Source of the DNA: Fidelibacterota bacterium
Lineage (GTDB): Bacteria > Fidelibacterota > UBA2242
Direction: 5' to 3'
Assembly (NCBI GenBank): GCA_049975265.1
Contig: JBNGDF010000003.1
Coordinates: 1-64,000 of the forward strand
DNA: 64,000 nucleotides
In this document: one piece after another, positions 1 through 10,043 of the stretch
Layout of the letters: the number at the start of each line of letters is the position of its first letter
Position numbering within the stretch: the first letter of the stretch is position 1
Translations under genes and position numbers: made by a program
Notes under the pieces: model-generated
Told to the model about the DNA's origin: nothing
Database searches by the model: none
Seen by the model: only the letters and a program-made list of their open reading frames with translations

Positions 1-1
1 A

Positions 2-388
2 GAACGAACCCTGATAGCCCGTACTGATATGGGCGAAGAAGTGGACTGGTCGGTATTGAATAGTAAACAAATCCCAAAACCTCATGCTAAGGTAATTGAA
101 GTCCCCACTGAATTTGCACTCCACAATAATTATCCCAATCCATTTAATCCGATGACGAACATCCGCTTTGACCTGCCGGAAGCAGCCCATGTGTCAATCA
201 CAATCTACGACGTCAGCGGACGGGAAGTGATCCGATTGGTAAATCAGAATATGAATATCGGATATCACCGGATTGCCTGGGACGCCACAGACAAATATGG
301 CCGGAATGTAGCGAGCGGTCTCTATATCTTCCGGATGCGAACGAGCAACGGGTTCAATCAAACCAACAAAATGATGCTGATGAGATAA
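2..388 (+). CDS. 3' end of a secreted protein with C-terminal FlgD-Ig / 'secretion system C-terminal sorting'-type domain (5' truncated by window)
   Basis: Frame is open from base 2. Contains PTEFALHNNYPNPFNP...IYDVSGREV..L...WDATD..G..VASGLY...KMMLMR, the typical CTD signature. Confidence 0.85.
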   Translation, partial: ERTLIARTDMGEEVDWSVLNSKQIPKPHAKVIEVPTEFALHNNYPNPFNPMTNIRFDLPEAAHVSITIYDVSGREVIRLVNQNMNIGYHRIAWDATDKYGRNVASGLYIFRMRTSNGFNQTNKMMLMR

Positions 389-399
389 CGTAACCAATT

Positions 400-434
400 A
401 CCGGAGGGGAGCGAAAATCTCCTCTCCGGTTTTG
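400..434 (+). terminator. Rho-independent terminator
   Basis: ACCGGAGGGGAG-CGAAAAT-CTCCTCTCCGGT followed by a T-rich tract, 12 nt after the stop at 388. Confidence 0.8.
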
Positions 435-457
435 TATTTTAAAAACAACTGGAATTA

Positions 458-2323
458 ATGAATATACTGACACCGCAATTTGCGAAATCTGAGTATAGAA
501 AACTTGCTCTCCCCATCACTATCGTTCTGATGATACTATTTATCAGTCCTGTAATATTTTCAAATCAGCTCTATTACGGATACCAGGTTCCCAAAGAAGT
601 TATGTTTAAACTTTTATGTATTGTGTCAGTTCTATTGGTTATTATATCAGTAAAAGACCTCAAGATATCCATCAATTACCTTGACTGTTTTGTTTTACTG
701 CGGGTATTGTGGATATTGCCTTTGATATTTCTGACAGAAAGATACTCCCAATCGATTGATAATATTCTCCTGTCATTATATCTACTGGTTTATTATTTAC
801 TTATCAAAGTTATCTATGTTAATCAGGATCAATCTGTTGAATCTGTTTTTAAGGCTATTTCCATTGCAGCCGTTATCGAGGCTGTTTTTGGGATTATTCA
901 GCACTTTAATCCCTATTTTCTTGGCGCCAGTGTCAACCTGGGTTACGAAACCCAAGTGATCGCTTCGTTTGGCGGGGCAAATTCCCTGGGCTGCTTCCTC
1001 GCTCTCTCCGTTCCATGTATATTGTATTTAATCAAGCGCACATCTGTCAGATATCAAAAAGGATTGTGGTTATTCGGTTTGGTAATCATTTGCACAGCCC
1101 TTATCCTGACCCTGAGCCGGGGCGCCTGGATTGCTCTTTTTGCCGGGCTTTCCTTCTATTTTTCGCCATATCTTATCCAATTTTGTAAATCGCTAAGAAC
1201 CAATAATAAGAAATTACTTTGGGCATTATATAGTATCGTTGTACTTATTATTGGATTTGGCTTCTTCATAATCTATAATCAAAACCTCGAATCGTCCATC
1301 GGCAGAATATTTCTTTGGAAGGTCAGTTTGCTGATGTTTCTTGATAAACCGGTTTTGGGAATCGGGTATGGCAATTATAGTTACCTTTTCCCGGATTACC
1401 AGGCAAAATTCTTTGATAATCCGGATAATGTCATTTACATCGATAAGGCTTGTAACATAAAAATGGCGCATAGTGAGTTTTTTCATATTTTAGCCGAAAC
1501 CGGGATCATTGGAATACTCTTATTCATTATATTAATTGTTTCCATTGGAATAGTACTATTTCGATTGCTCAGAACCGTGAAAAATGAAAACCGGAACACA
1601 ATTATCAGACTGATGGGTACTATTCTGGTCATCATTCTAACCCATTCAATCGTTGATACGGTGTTACATGTATTGCCGATATCACTGGTTTTTTATACCT
1701 GTGTTGCGTATTTATCCAGTCATAATGATCACCAAAATCACAGTCTAATTACCATTCGGCTGCGGCCGAAATTATTGTTCATTTTTCTATTTCTGATCTT
1801 ATTGGGAATAAGCGGATATAACGGTTATCGGAAAATAAACGGACATTATTATTGGCGGCAGGGACTAACCCGTGTTTCGCAGCATAAATGGCGGGAAGGA
1901 ATCGATTCCTATCAAAAGGCGATGAAATTCCTGCCTGACAATGATGAGTTGCAGTTTCACCTGGGTTCAGCATATTCTTATACCAATGAACTGGAAAAGG
2001 CATTTGCTTATCTTAACCAGTCTCTGTCATCGTTCAAAGATAAGAACCAGTATATGGTCCTGGGAATTACCTGTATGAATCTTGATAAATTTGAACTCGC
2101 TGAACATTATCTTAGACAGACGACCTATATGTTCCCACAAATGCTGTATCCCCATTTTTTACTGGCCCAGATGTACGACCGATCGGGGTTTCTCATCAAG
2201 TCAATGAGTGAACTGCAGTATATCATTGAAGCGGAGCCACGAATTATGTCTGAAGAAGTGAGAACAATAAAAAGAGATGCCGCCAGGGTCATTAAAATAA
2301 TCGAAAGCAAACTGGCAAAATGA
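458..2323 (+). CDS. O-antigen ligase (Wzy_C)/O-oligosaccharyltransferase-like membrane protein with C-terminal TPRs
   Basis: About 12 TM segments; motifs TLSRGAW, GRIFLW, P.LGIGYGNY, AHSEFFHILAETGIIG; helical TPR-like tail. Confidence 0.85.
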   Translation: MNILTPQFAKSEYRKLALPITIVLMILFISPVIFSNQLYYGYQVPKEVMFKLLCIVSVLLVIISVKDLKISINYLDCFVLLRVLWILPLIFLTERYSQSIDNILLSLYLLVYYLLIKVIYVNQDQSVESVFKAISIAAVIEAVFGIIQHFNPYFLGASVNLGYETQVIASFGGANSLGCFLALSVPCILYLIKRTSVRYQKGLWLFGLVIICTALILTLSRGAWIALFAGLSFYFSPYLIQFCKSLRTNNKKLLWALYSIVVLIIGFGFFIIYNQNLESSIGRIFLWKVSLLMFLDKPVLGIGYGNYSYLFPDYQAKFFDNPDNVIYIDKACNIKMAHSEFFHILAETGIIGILLFIILIVSIGIVLFRLLRTVKNENRNTIIRLMGTILVIILTHSIVDTVLHVLPISLVFYTCVAYLSSHNDHQNHSLITIRLRPKLLFIFLFLILLGISGYNGYRKINGHYYWRQGLTRVSQHKWREGIDSYQKAMKFLPDNDELQFHLGSAYSYTNELEKAFAYLNQSLSSFKDKNQYMVLGITCMNLDKFELAEHYLRQTTYMFPQMLYPHFLLAQMYDRSGFLIKSMSELQYIIEAEPRIMSEEVRTIKRDAARVIKIIESKLAK

Positions 2324-3912
2324 ATCTTCGTCTATCCATATTCGTATGTGGTTTAATATTCATTTCATGCTCAAATAATCACGAATTAATCAACGTTAAA
2401 GAAATCGATTCAAATATTTTTATCGATTCAGATGGCGTTGCATATTTTTCATATAAGGATAATAACAGGTATCAAATTTACACACTGCAAAACGGTTCTA
2501 TATATCCCATAATACAATCTAAACGTGACCTTTTTACCCCGTTTTGTTATAAAGGCGAGATTTGTGCGCTGTATGATAATTTTGGCGATGAAAAATGGAA
2601 AACAACCAGTTCTTCTCTGAATCGCCAGTTACACCATTGTTATTTAGAGCGAATCGATTCAAACAGTGATGGTCGTTTCATTGTGTTCCAACCAAAAAAC
2701 ACAAACCAACTATTATTGTTAGATATTGAAAACAGCAGCATTCTGAAAATTATGGAGTTTAAAACCAGATACCATAATGTTGTCTTTGATGAACGACACA
2801 ACAGGATGTTTATCAGTTTTGATGATAAAATAATTGAACATAATTTATCCACCAACATAACATCCGAAATACTATCGGGAACTCTGGGTGAAAAACGAAA
2901 TATTCATCAATCCGGTGATATTCTTTATTTCAATTCAAATGATACGTCGGAATATCATCATATCTATAAACATTCTTTAAAAGGCAATAGCACACACCCA
3001 ATTTTGGTTCATAAGGGGAATTCAGATGTGATGATGCCAAAAATTATCAGTGGCGATCTCTGTTTTATCCAATGCAACCGGAACCATTATCAATTGAAAT
3101 GCATCAGGGGAAAAGAGGAAGCGATCATAACCGAGTCCGGTGTTGTATATCAATATAGCACTTATGATGAAGACCAGATACTATTCTCATATAGCGATTT
3201 CAATCTTCCCAGATCATTAATGACATACAATATCAGTAAAAGAGAATTGTTGAATTTGACAGGTGAATCCATTCCATTGGATCTTAAATATGAATATTGT
3301 GAAATGAATGACCATCTTTCTCCGGCGTACAGGATTATTCCAAACCAGCAGATACAGGGGACCCTGTTATTTTTTCACCCCGGCTTAAACAGCGATTTTT
3401 CACCTCGGTGGGATACAATCATAATGAGTCTCGCCCAAAACGGTTACGAGATTATCTGCCCTAATTATCCCATGTCGTCCGGATATGGAAAAACCTATAA
3501 TAATGCTTCTTTTCAGGATGCTGTTTATGATATGATAGCATGGAAGAATAAAATTCTTTGCGAAAATAATGATTACCCTCTGTGTTTACTCGCTTCAAGC
3601 TCCGGGAATTTAGTAATGGAGGCAGTCCTGTATTCTGATCAAAGAGGTGTTGACGGCGCTATTTCGCTATTTGGACTGTATAATCCCCGCATTCCCATGA
3701 CGAATATTTCACACCTTATTATTTTGGGGAAAAATGATCCTATAGTAGATTCAGAAACAAGAGCAGTCCAAATTGAAAATTCATTAAATAAAAATATTCG
3801 GGTAATTTGTTTTGATGACGAAGGACACTGGGTCAGAAACAATCGGAATAGTACCCAAATGCTTGACGCTTTATTCATTTTTTTTGAAACCGTGAGTTTT
3901 TCCCGTGATTAG
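2320..3912 (+). CDS. Lipoprotein with beta-propeller-like N-region and S9/alpha-beta hydrolase-like C-domain
   Basis: Lipobox FISC; NYP.SSGYGK.Y, ASSSG elbow, GKNDPIV and DEGHW give a Ser-Asp-His order; ATGA overlap with the upstream gene. Confidence 0.65.
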   Translation: MNLRLSIFVCGLIFISCSNNHELINVKEIDSNIFIDSDGVAYFSYKDNNRYQIYTLQNGSIYPIIQSKRDLFTPFCYKGEICALYDNFGDEKWKTTSSSLNRQLHHCYLERIDSNSDGRFIVFQPKNTNQLLLLDIENSSILKIMEFKTRYHNVVFDERHNRMFISFDDKIIEHNLSTNITSEILSGTLGEKRNIHQSGDILYFNSNDTSEYHHIYKHSLKGNSTHPILVHKGNSDVMMPKIISGDLCFIQCNRNHYQLKCIRGKEEAIITESGVVYQYSTYDEDQILFSYSDFNLPRSLMTYNISKRELLNLTGESIPLDLKYEYCEMNDHLSPAYRIIPNQQIQGTLLFFHPGLNSDFSPRWDTIIMSLAQNGYEIICPNYPMSSGYGKTYNNASFQDAVYDMIAWKNKILCENNDYPLCLLASSSGNLVMEAVLYSDQRGVDGAISLFGLYNPRIPMTNISHLIILGKNDPIVDSETRAVQIENSLNKNIRVICFDDEGHWVRNNRNSTQMLDALFIFFETVSFSRD

Positions 3913-4032
3913 ATGGAGATATTCACCCTGCCTCTCATCTTTTCGTTAAGAATAACAAATGGAATCCTCTTCCGGTAATTTTATAATCCGGAAAATTGCA
4001 TTGATTCCATCAGATACCAAAAAGCATGGGTT

Positions 4033-6438
4033 TCAATATATCCGTAATATATCATATCCCCAGCCGGGAATCTCGAGCGTGATCTCATTATCGGTAATTT
4101 TCCAAAAGTCATTTCCCAGCAGGGACTCCAGCCGACTAACGACCAGCCAGTCGGGCAGGGCAAATGTTACCTTCCGTTTATGCGGAGATTTGCTGAATCC
4201 GACGATGAGGCGGTGTTCACTGTCGCCGCGGGTGTAGATCATCACCTCTTTGTCGGTGTAGAGATTCAGATAATCGCCGCGGCGCAGGCAGGTGTATTCG
4301 TTGCGAAGTTTTGTTAATTGTCGAAACGCCCGCAGCTGTTCGGTTTCCCATACGCTTAATTCATCGTCAAAGCGCATCATGCGGCGATTGTCGGGATCAT
4401 TGGCGCCGGTCATGCCGAATTCATCGCCGTAAAATACGATAGGGACACCCGGGAGCGTCATTAAATAACAGAAAAGAAGACGCTCTTTCAGGTAGGTCGC
4501 ATATTCATCAACGGTTATCGGCGGTTCGCGGAACGCCCGCTCGACGCCGTTTTCGGCGAGGGTTAGATCACCTTCCAGCAGCGCCATGATCCGAACCTGG
4601 TCATGACTGCCGATGATGTTGCCCATCAGGTTATTGTAGCCGTAGACGCTGAGCGATTTTTCGATACCGGCTTTCAGTTCCTTTAAATCGCTTTGGGGGT
4701 CGGTCATCAGGCGGCGGAGTATGAAGTACTGGTTCATGTTGAACTGAGCCTCCAGCATGCCGTTATTGACATAGGATTTGATCAGGTCATCGCCGCCGAA
4801 GGTCTCGCCGATCTGATAGACGCCGAGTGTCCGCTGCGGGTTGATCCGGCTCTTCATTTTGCGGGTCAGTTCGCGCCAGAAAATATAGGGTACATGCTTG
4901 GTGGCGTCATGCCGGAAGCCGTCGATGCCGGTCTTTTCAAGCCACCAGACGGCGTTGTCGGTCATCGTGGATAAAGCCGCGGATGAATTTTCGTAGTCAA
5001 AAGAGGGTAGGAAGGTATCAAACCAGGTGGTCAGGCGGTATTCATCCCAGCGGCGGATATTGTAGCTGCCGTCGGGCAATACGTAGCTGCCAAACCAGTC
5101 CCGGTTTTCCTGAAAATAGACATGCTCGATATGCACATGATTGGAAACGAAATCCAGCAGGATTTTCAGTCCGTGCTGATGAGCAGATTCGACGAGTTTC
5201 CGTAGCTCCGCCGGCGAACCGAAGCGCGGTTCCGTTTCCTTCGGGCTGACCGTCCAGTAGCCGTGATAGCCGGTGTAGTAACGATGCGGCTCGGGATATT
5301 CCCGCCAGGCATTGTCGGTGGTTTGATTCACCGGTGAAATCCAGAGGGTGTTGACACCGATGTCGTTGAAATAGCCGTTTTCGATTTTTTCCGTTAATCC
5401 GGCGAAATCGCCACCCTGAAAATTCGCCCGCCAATCCAATTCCGGATGATTTACCGGTCGGTCATTTTCAATGTTGCCGTTGGCGAAGCGGTCAATCATC
5501 AGGGAGTAAATTGTCGCATCCTGCCATTTGAAATCGGCACCGTTGCCAGCCGGGCTGCCGTCGTTCAGCCAGACAGTGATGACGTTGCCGGGCAGATGGT
5601 TATTGGTTGCCACAATCCGGAAAACGCCCTTTTTCTGATCGGCTTTCAGAGCGGACAGGTCAGCGCAGACCGTCCTTTCCTGCAATTTGATATAATTTTC
5701 AGGATAGGGCTGATTGTTTATTAAGGCAATGTAATCGAGCGACCCGGCTGCGCCTTTTGAGTCCACGGCAAAAAGGAGCATTTTCGGATCGTTACTCTGC
5801 AAAAAGTAGAGTCCCGGGATAGAATCAGCGGCATCCGATTGCACCTGTAGCAGGGAGTTGAAATAGCCGAAGCCGTTGTCCACTTTGACCGGATTTTCCG
5901 GATCGTATATTTCCCGGTTGCCGATAACGAACTGGTATTCGTAGATGCCGTCGTCCAGGAGAACCGACCGGGTAAAGATGCCGTCGTTGTCGTCATCGGA
6001 CATCGGCGTTGCGGTACGGCTCCAGTTATTGAAATTGCCCATAACAAAAACAGCAACGTCTGTTTCAGGGACGGCGCAGCGAAAGGTGACCTCGGTTTTG
6101 GTTTTGACAATTATGGGCAGAACCAGTGGAACCCTGCCGTTCTTCAACCGGATCAGACTCACGCCGGAAAAGCCCTGTTCCGGCATTAATTTGATTACAT
6201 TCTCCTGAGCATTATATTCGCAGGACACTTCGCGGTTCGGTTCGATTTTCAGGTCATATAGTTCGGCGTAAAAAATGTCGCTGACGGGAATGGTCGTCAT
6301 TTCACCGGGATTGATGGAGATAAATTCAATCAGATCGGTGGTACCGTATGGATTTTGCTGATTGGAACATGTAGACAGACATCCGATCAGCAGAGTAAAA
6401 ATCAGCACCGGGATGGTGTGATGTTGTTGGTGTGTCAT
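4033..6438 (-). CDS. GH13 alpha-amylase family glycosidase with CBM48/E-set domain, probably exported
   Basis: GGDFAG, YHGYW, DFVSNH, GFRHDATKH (nucleophile Asp), GE, SHD, YGDEFG, DPDNRR; N-terminal signal-like segment; GGGGAG SD before ATG 6438. Confidence 0.9.
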   Translation of the reverse strand: MTHQQHHTIPVLIFTLLIGCLSTCSNQQNPYGTTDLIEFISINPGEMTTIPVSDIFYAELYDLKIEPNREVSCEYNAQENVIKLMPEQGFSGVSLIRLKNGRVPLVLPIIVKTKTEVTFRCAVPETDVAVFVMGNFNNWSRTATPMSDDDNDGIFTRSVLLDDGIYEYQFVIGNREIYDPENPVKVDNGFGYFNSLLQVQSDAADSIPGLYFLQSNDPKMLLFAVDSKGAAGSLDYIALINNQPYPENYIKLQERTVCADLSALKADQKKGVFRIVATNNHLPGNVITVWLNDGSPAGNGADFKWQDATIYSLMIDRFANGNIENDRPVNHPELDWRANFQGGDFAGLTEKIENGYFNDIGVNTLWISPVNQTTDNAWREYPEPHRYYTGYHGYWTVSPKETEPRFGSPAELRKLVESAHQHGLKILLDFVSNHVHIEHVYFQENRDWFGSYVLPDGSYNIRRWDEYRLTTWFDTFLPSFDYENSSAALSTMTDNAVWWLEKTGIDGFRHDATKHVPYIFWRELTRKMKSRINPQRTLGVYQIGETFGGDDLIKSYVNNGMLEAQFNMNQYFILRRLMTDPQSDLKELKAGIEKSLSVYGYNNLMGNIIGSHDQVRIMALLEGDLTLAENGVERAFREPPITVDEYATYLKERLLFCYLMTLPGVPIVFYGDEFGMTGANDPDNRRMMRFDDELSVWETEQLRAFRQLTKLRNEYTCLRRGDYLNLYTDKEVMIYTRGDSEHRLIVGFSKSPHKRKVTFALPDWLVVSRLESLLGNDFWKITDNEITLEIPGWGYDILRIY

Positions 6439-6451
6439 AAACAATCTCCCC

Positions 6452-8980
6452 TTATAATTCGTACAGAACCATTGCCGAAATGGGCTTCAGCTCCAGGTCG
6501 GTCCGGGTTACCGGTTCGATAATGTCCACCCCGGCACTGGAGTGATCAACCACCAACGTCCATTTACCTTTTGGAATGGTAAAGGTCCCGGGATGGTGGT
6601 TTGGATTGACCAGCACCAGTATCCGGCTCCAGCGGTCTTTTGTATTTCCGCGGCTGATCTGATACTCCAGACCATTTTTCGGAAGGGTGTATTTTTTATT
6701 ATCCAGAAACTGAACATTCCTGCGAATTTCTGCGGCGCTGGTCATGCGCAGCATGGGGTGGTCTTTGCGTAGTTGAATCAACCCTTTGTAATAATTGAAT
6801 ATATCAAGATTTTCCTGTTTGTAATCCCAGCGGATTTTATTGATTTTATCGGGTTGATTGTAGCTGTTGTGCGAGCCGAATTTTGTGCGCAATATTTCCT
6901 GTCCGCCGTGAATAAACGGGACACCTTGCGATGTCAACAGCAGCACGGCGGCGAGCTTATCCATGGCTTTCAATTCGGTGTCGGTTAACGAACTGTCGCC
7001 TTCGGTGGAAGCGACCAGTTGATCCCAGAGTGTCCGCCCGTCGTGGCAGGCGACGTAGTTGAGCACCTCCAGAGGTGAATCAGCAAAATCATCAATGCTG
7101 CCCAGGATGCCCTTTTTTATACTTTCGGGGTTTTTCCCGGTTTGAATATAGCCGGGCTCGGTGTTGTACCAGGGACCTTTGAGGGCATCGCGATAATGGT
7201 CGTTGAAGACGGCAAATCCTCTGCCGCGCTGAATCCCTTTGACTGTGGGAGTGATTGGTGTTTCGCCGGCGGTCCAGGGTTCGCCGTAAATGAAAATATC
7301 GGGACGAATCGCGCGCAGTTCCTGAACGATGGTTTCCATGGTTTTTAGATCAATCAGTCCCATTAAATCGAATCGGTATCCGTCAATTTTGTACTCCTGG
7401 ACCCAATATTTCAGGGATTCGATGATGAAGCGTCTCACCATCGGCAGCTCAGAGCGCACCTCGTTGCCACAGCCGGACCCGTTCCAGTAACTGCCGTCCG
7501 GTTTTTCCCGGTAGTAGAAATGAGGAACAATACCGTTGAAGTTATAGCGAATTTCGGGATTGCCCTCGGCAGTATGGTTGTAGACGACGTCGAGAACGAC
7601 CTTGAGTCCCTTTTTGTGACAGGCATCCACCAGCTGTTTTAATTCGCGAATCCGGCTGGCATCATCCTGGCGGGTGGCATACCAGCCGTCGGGTGAATTG
7701 AAGTTGACCGTCATATAGCCCCAGAAATAGTTATTCACCGCATCGTCGTGTTCAAAATCCTGAACCGGCAGCAGCTGAATGGTATTGACACCCAACTCCG
7801 CCAGATGATCCAGTCCGGTACTCAGGTCGGAGCCCGGCAGGCGGGTACCTTCTTCGGTGAATCCGAGATATTTGCCCTTATGGTGGATGCCGGAATTTTC
7901 GGCAATGCTGAAATCCCGCACATGAATTTCATAGATAACGGCTTCGCTGAAGGGAAATGAGGGTGGTTCGGCGATCGGGGTGTCGTCATGATACACCAGC
8001 GCCCGACCGTCATGACTGGTCACGCAGCGGGCATAGGGATCAACGTACTCGAGCGCCGGCTTGTAGGCGGGGTCTGGTCCATTGACGGAATAGGTGTAGT
8101 ATATTCCGATAAGGTCTTCATTGATCGCGATCGACCAAAGCCCGTCCTCTTTTCGTTTCAGAGAAATTTTTCTGGCGTTGTCACCTTCGGCTTTGCGGTA
8201 GAGATTCAAAGTGACAGCCATTGCGCCCGGCGCAAAGAGTGAAAAGACGGACTTTTCCGGGGAGTAGCTCAGTCCCAGCGGAGCATCGGTGTGATAGTCT
8301 GTCAGAATATCCCGCAGGAAGAGATTGCCCGATTGATAGCCGTTTGCGCTGACTTTACCGGGCAGATCGGCGGGAGACAATTGTTCTTTTAATATGAGCT
8401 GAACCAGCCCGGAAGAATCGGCGGTTTCGGGAATAAGATGAATTGATTTAAATTGTAGAATCGTTTTTTCCCTACATTCCAGCTTCGGTTCCAGTGTCGC
8501 CAGGGCTGTTTTTTGAATGGGATGGGAAAAAACCACGGTAATCAGGTTCGCACCGTCCAGAAAGGCTCTGCGGATGATTGGATTTGTGTCCGGTTTCTTT
8601 ACGTAGACCGTTGCATCGCCGGGCAGGATCCAGACCTCTTTGGGCATGGAACGACTCCAGCTGCGGTTGGGATCGTCACGACTTTCCCAGTTTTGATACT
8701 TTGGCAGGAGGCTGATATTTCCGTGCGGGGGATATTGCCCGATATCAATGACGAAGATGAGTCCGAAGGAATCGCTGCCAGCAGGCGGGACCTCGATATT
8801 TTTTTGATCGACCCAGGTCCAGAGGGTCCAATCGTCATATTGATTGTCATAGCGGTGGTAGTGGACTTTTAGTGTGTTCATCGTGTGATTTCCGGTTTGG
8901 TTGCAATTATTGAGGAGCCAAAGCAGGCAAAACAGATATACAAATCGCCGCACCTGAGAATTTATTAGAGGATCCGGCAT
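6452..8980 (-). CDS. pulA: Type I pullulanase (GH13) with N-terminal carbohydrate-binding module
   Basis: HYHRYD.QYDDW.LW (CBM41-like), YEIHVRDFS, YFWGY, DVVYNHT, NGSGCGNE, GYRFDLMG, YGEPW, CHD, NSYN. Confidence 0.92.
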   Translation of the reverse strand: MPDPLINSQVRRFVYLFCLLWLLNNCNQTGNHTMNTLKVHYHRYDNQYDDWTLWTWVDQKNIEVPPAGSDSFGLIFVIDIGQYPPHGNISLLPKYQNWESRDDPNRSWSRSMPKEVWILPGDATVYVKKPDTNPIIRRAFLDGANLITVVFSHPIQKTALATLEPKLECREKTILQFKSIHLIPETADSSGLVQLILKEQLSPADLPGKVSANGYQSGNLFLRDILTDYHTDAPLGLSYSPEKSVFSLFAPGAMAVTLNLYRKAEGDNARKISLKRKEDGLWSIAINEDLIGIYYTYSVNGPDPAYKPALEYVDPYARCVTSHDGRALVYHDDTPIAEPPSFPFSEAVIYEIHVRDFSIAENSGIHHKGKYLGFTEEGTRLPGSDLSTGLDHLAELGVNTIQLLPVQDFEHDDAVNNYFWGYMTVNFNSPDGWYATRQDDASRIRELKQLVDACHKKGLKVVLDVVYNHTAEGNPEIRYNFNGIVPHFYYREKPDGSYWNGSGCGNEVRSELPMVRRFIIESLKYWVQEYKIDGYRFDLMGLIDLKTMETIVQELRAIRPDIFIYGEPWTAGETPITPTVKGIQRGRGFAVFNDHYRDALKGPWYNTEPGYIQTGKNPESIKKGILGSIDDFADSPLEVLNYVACHDGRTLWDQLVASTEGDSSLTDTELKAMDKLAAVLLLTSQGVPFIHGGQEILRTKFGSHNSYNQPDKINKIRWDYKQENLDIFNYYKGLIQLRKDHPMLRMTSAAEIRRNVQFLDNKKYTLPKNGLEYQISRGNTKDRWSRILVLVNPNHHPGTFTIPKGKWTLVVDHSSAGVDIIEPVTRTDLELKPISAMVLYEL

Positions 8981-9022
8981 GGTATTTTCCTTTTTTCATG
9001 GTTATTCCAGTTGGTGGTATAG

Positions 9023-9036
9023 TTTAATCGTTTTCA
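9023..9036. promoter_or_regulatory. Candidate LacI-family operator upstream of pulA-amylase
   Basis: TGAAAACGATTAAA on the minus strand matches 13/14 positions of TGWAANCGNTTWCA and lies about 40 bp upstream of the pulA start. Confidence 0.5.
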
Positions 9037-9131
9037 GGCAATAAATGTATAAAAATTCGTACCAGATTGTCCTGATATACCGAGTAACTGAAACAGATAG
9101 GGTTATTTACCGGAAAAATGAAAAAATGTCC

Positions 9132-9160
9132 TTGTAACTACCTTTTGAATTTAATACTTT
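9132..9160 (+). promoter_or_regulatory. Putative sigma70-type promoter
   Basis: TTGTAA-N17-TACTTT upstream of the ATG at 9185. Confidence 0.45.
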
Positions 9161-9184
9161 TACGGAAACGTCGGCGCGAGATTT

Positions 9185-10030
9185 ATGAAGAGACATTCCG
9201 GCTATAAAGTAGTATTTGCGACGCTGTTGCTTTTTTATTCAGTTGCCCTAATGGCAGTCGGGCCCGATCCGCTTCCTCTTAATATTAAAAAGGAGGTGGT
9301 TTCCGTCGGTCCGCTAGGGATGAAGGCGATTCTCGTTGAGGGTGGCGCCTTTGAGATGGGCGATAAATTTAATGTCGGTGGCAGCGATGAACAGCCGGTG
9401 CACGATGTGGCAATCTCGGATTTTTATATGAGCGTGACGGAAGTGACGGTGGAGCAGTACAAGGCTTTCTGTCTGGCAACTGATCGAGCGATGCCGCAGC
9501 AGGAGTCATACAGTAAAGATGACTTTCCGATAGTTTTCGTAACCTGGTTTGAGGCGCAGGATTTTTGTGAATGGGTGGGCGGCAGTCTACCGCTGGAGGC
9601 ACAATGGGAGTATGCCGCCACTTCACGAGGACTAACCTTTAAATATCCGTCGGGAAATGAGATTGATCACAGCCTGGCAAATTTTAGCGGAACCGGTAAA
9701 AAAGACCGCTGGAAAAAGCTGGCACCGGTGGCGAAATTTCCACCCAATGCAATTGGTCTTTACGATATGGCGGGCAATGCCTACGAGTGGTGCTACGATT
9801 ATTACAAAAGAGATTATTATAGTTTGCCCGGCTATCAGGATCCGCCGGGACCGGCAACAAGCATGTTCAAGGTGCTGCGCGGCGGCTCCTGGTATCATGA
9901 TAAAGAGGAGATGCGCTGCGCCAATCGTTTTCGATACATGCCGGTTGCCCGGATGAGTTTTGTCGGGTTTAGAGTTGTGTGGGACCCCCGGACCGCTCCC
10001 CTGAAACCCGATCATTCCAGTCACAGATAA
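9185..10030 (+). CDS. Formylglycine-generating-enzyme (FGE-sulfatase/SUMF1) fold protein, exported
   Basis: Signal peptide; F.MG, P.H.V, EVT..QY, LP.EAQWEYAA, N..GLYDMAGN.YEW, RGGSW, GFR; the catalytic CxxxxC pair of true FGE is absent. Confidence 0.88.
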   Translation: MKRHSGYKVVFATLLLFYSVALMAVGPDPLPLNIKKEVVSVGPLGMKAILVEGGAFEMGDKFNVGGSDEQPVHDVAISDFYMSVTEVTVEQYKAFCLATDRAMPQQESYSKDDFPIVFVTWFEAQDFCEWVGGSLPLEAQWEYAATSRGLTFKYPSGNEIDHSLANFSGTGKKDRWKKLAPVAKFPPNAIGLYDMAGNAYEWCYDYYKRDYYSLPGYQDPPGPATSMFKVLRGGSWYHDKEEMRCANRFRYMPVARMSFVGFRVVWDPRTAPLKPDHSSHR

Positions 10031-10043
10031 TTCGTACAATTGC

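Noticed and set aside
9013..9040. tRNA-like start GGTGGTATAGTTTAATCG
   Set aside because: No D-loop GG, anticodon arm or T-arm follows.
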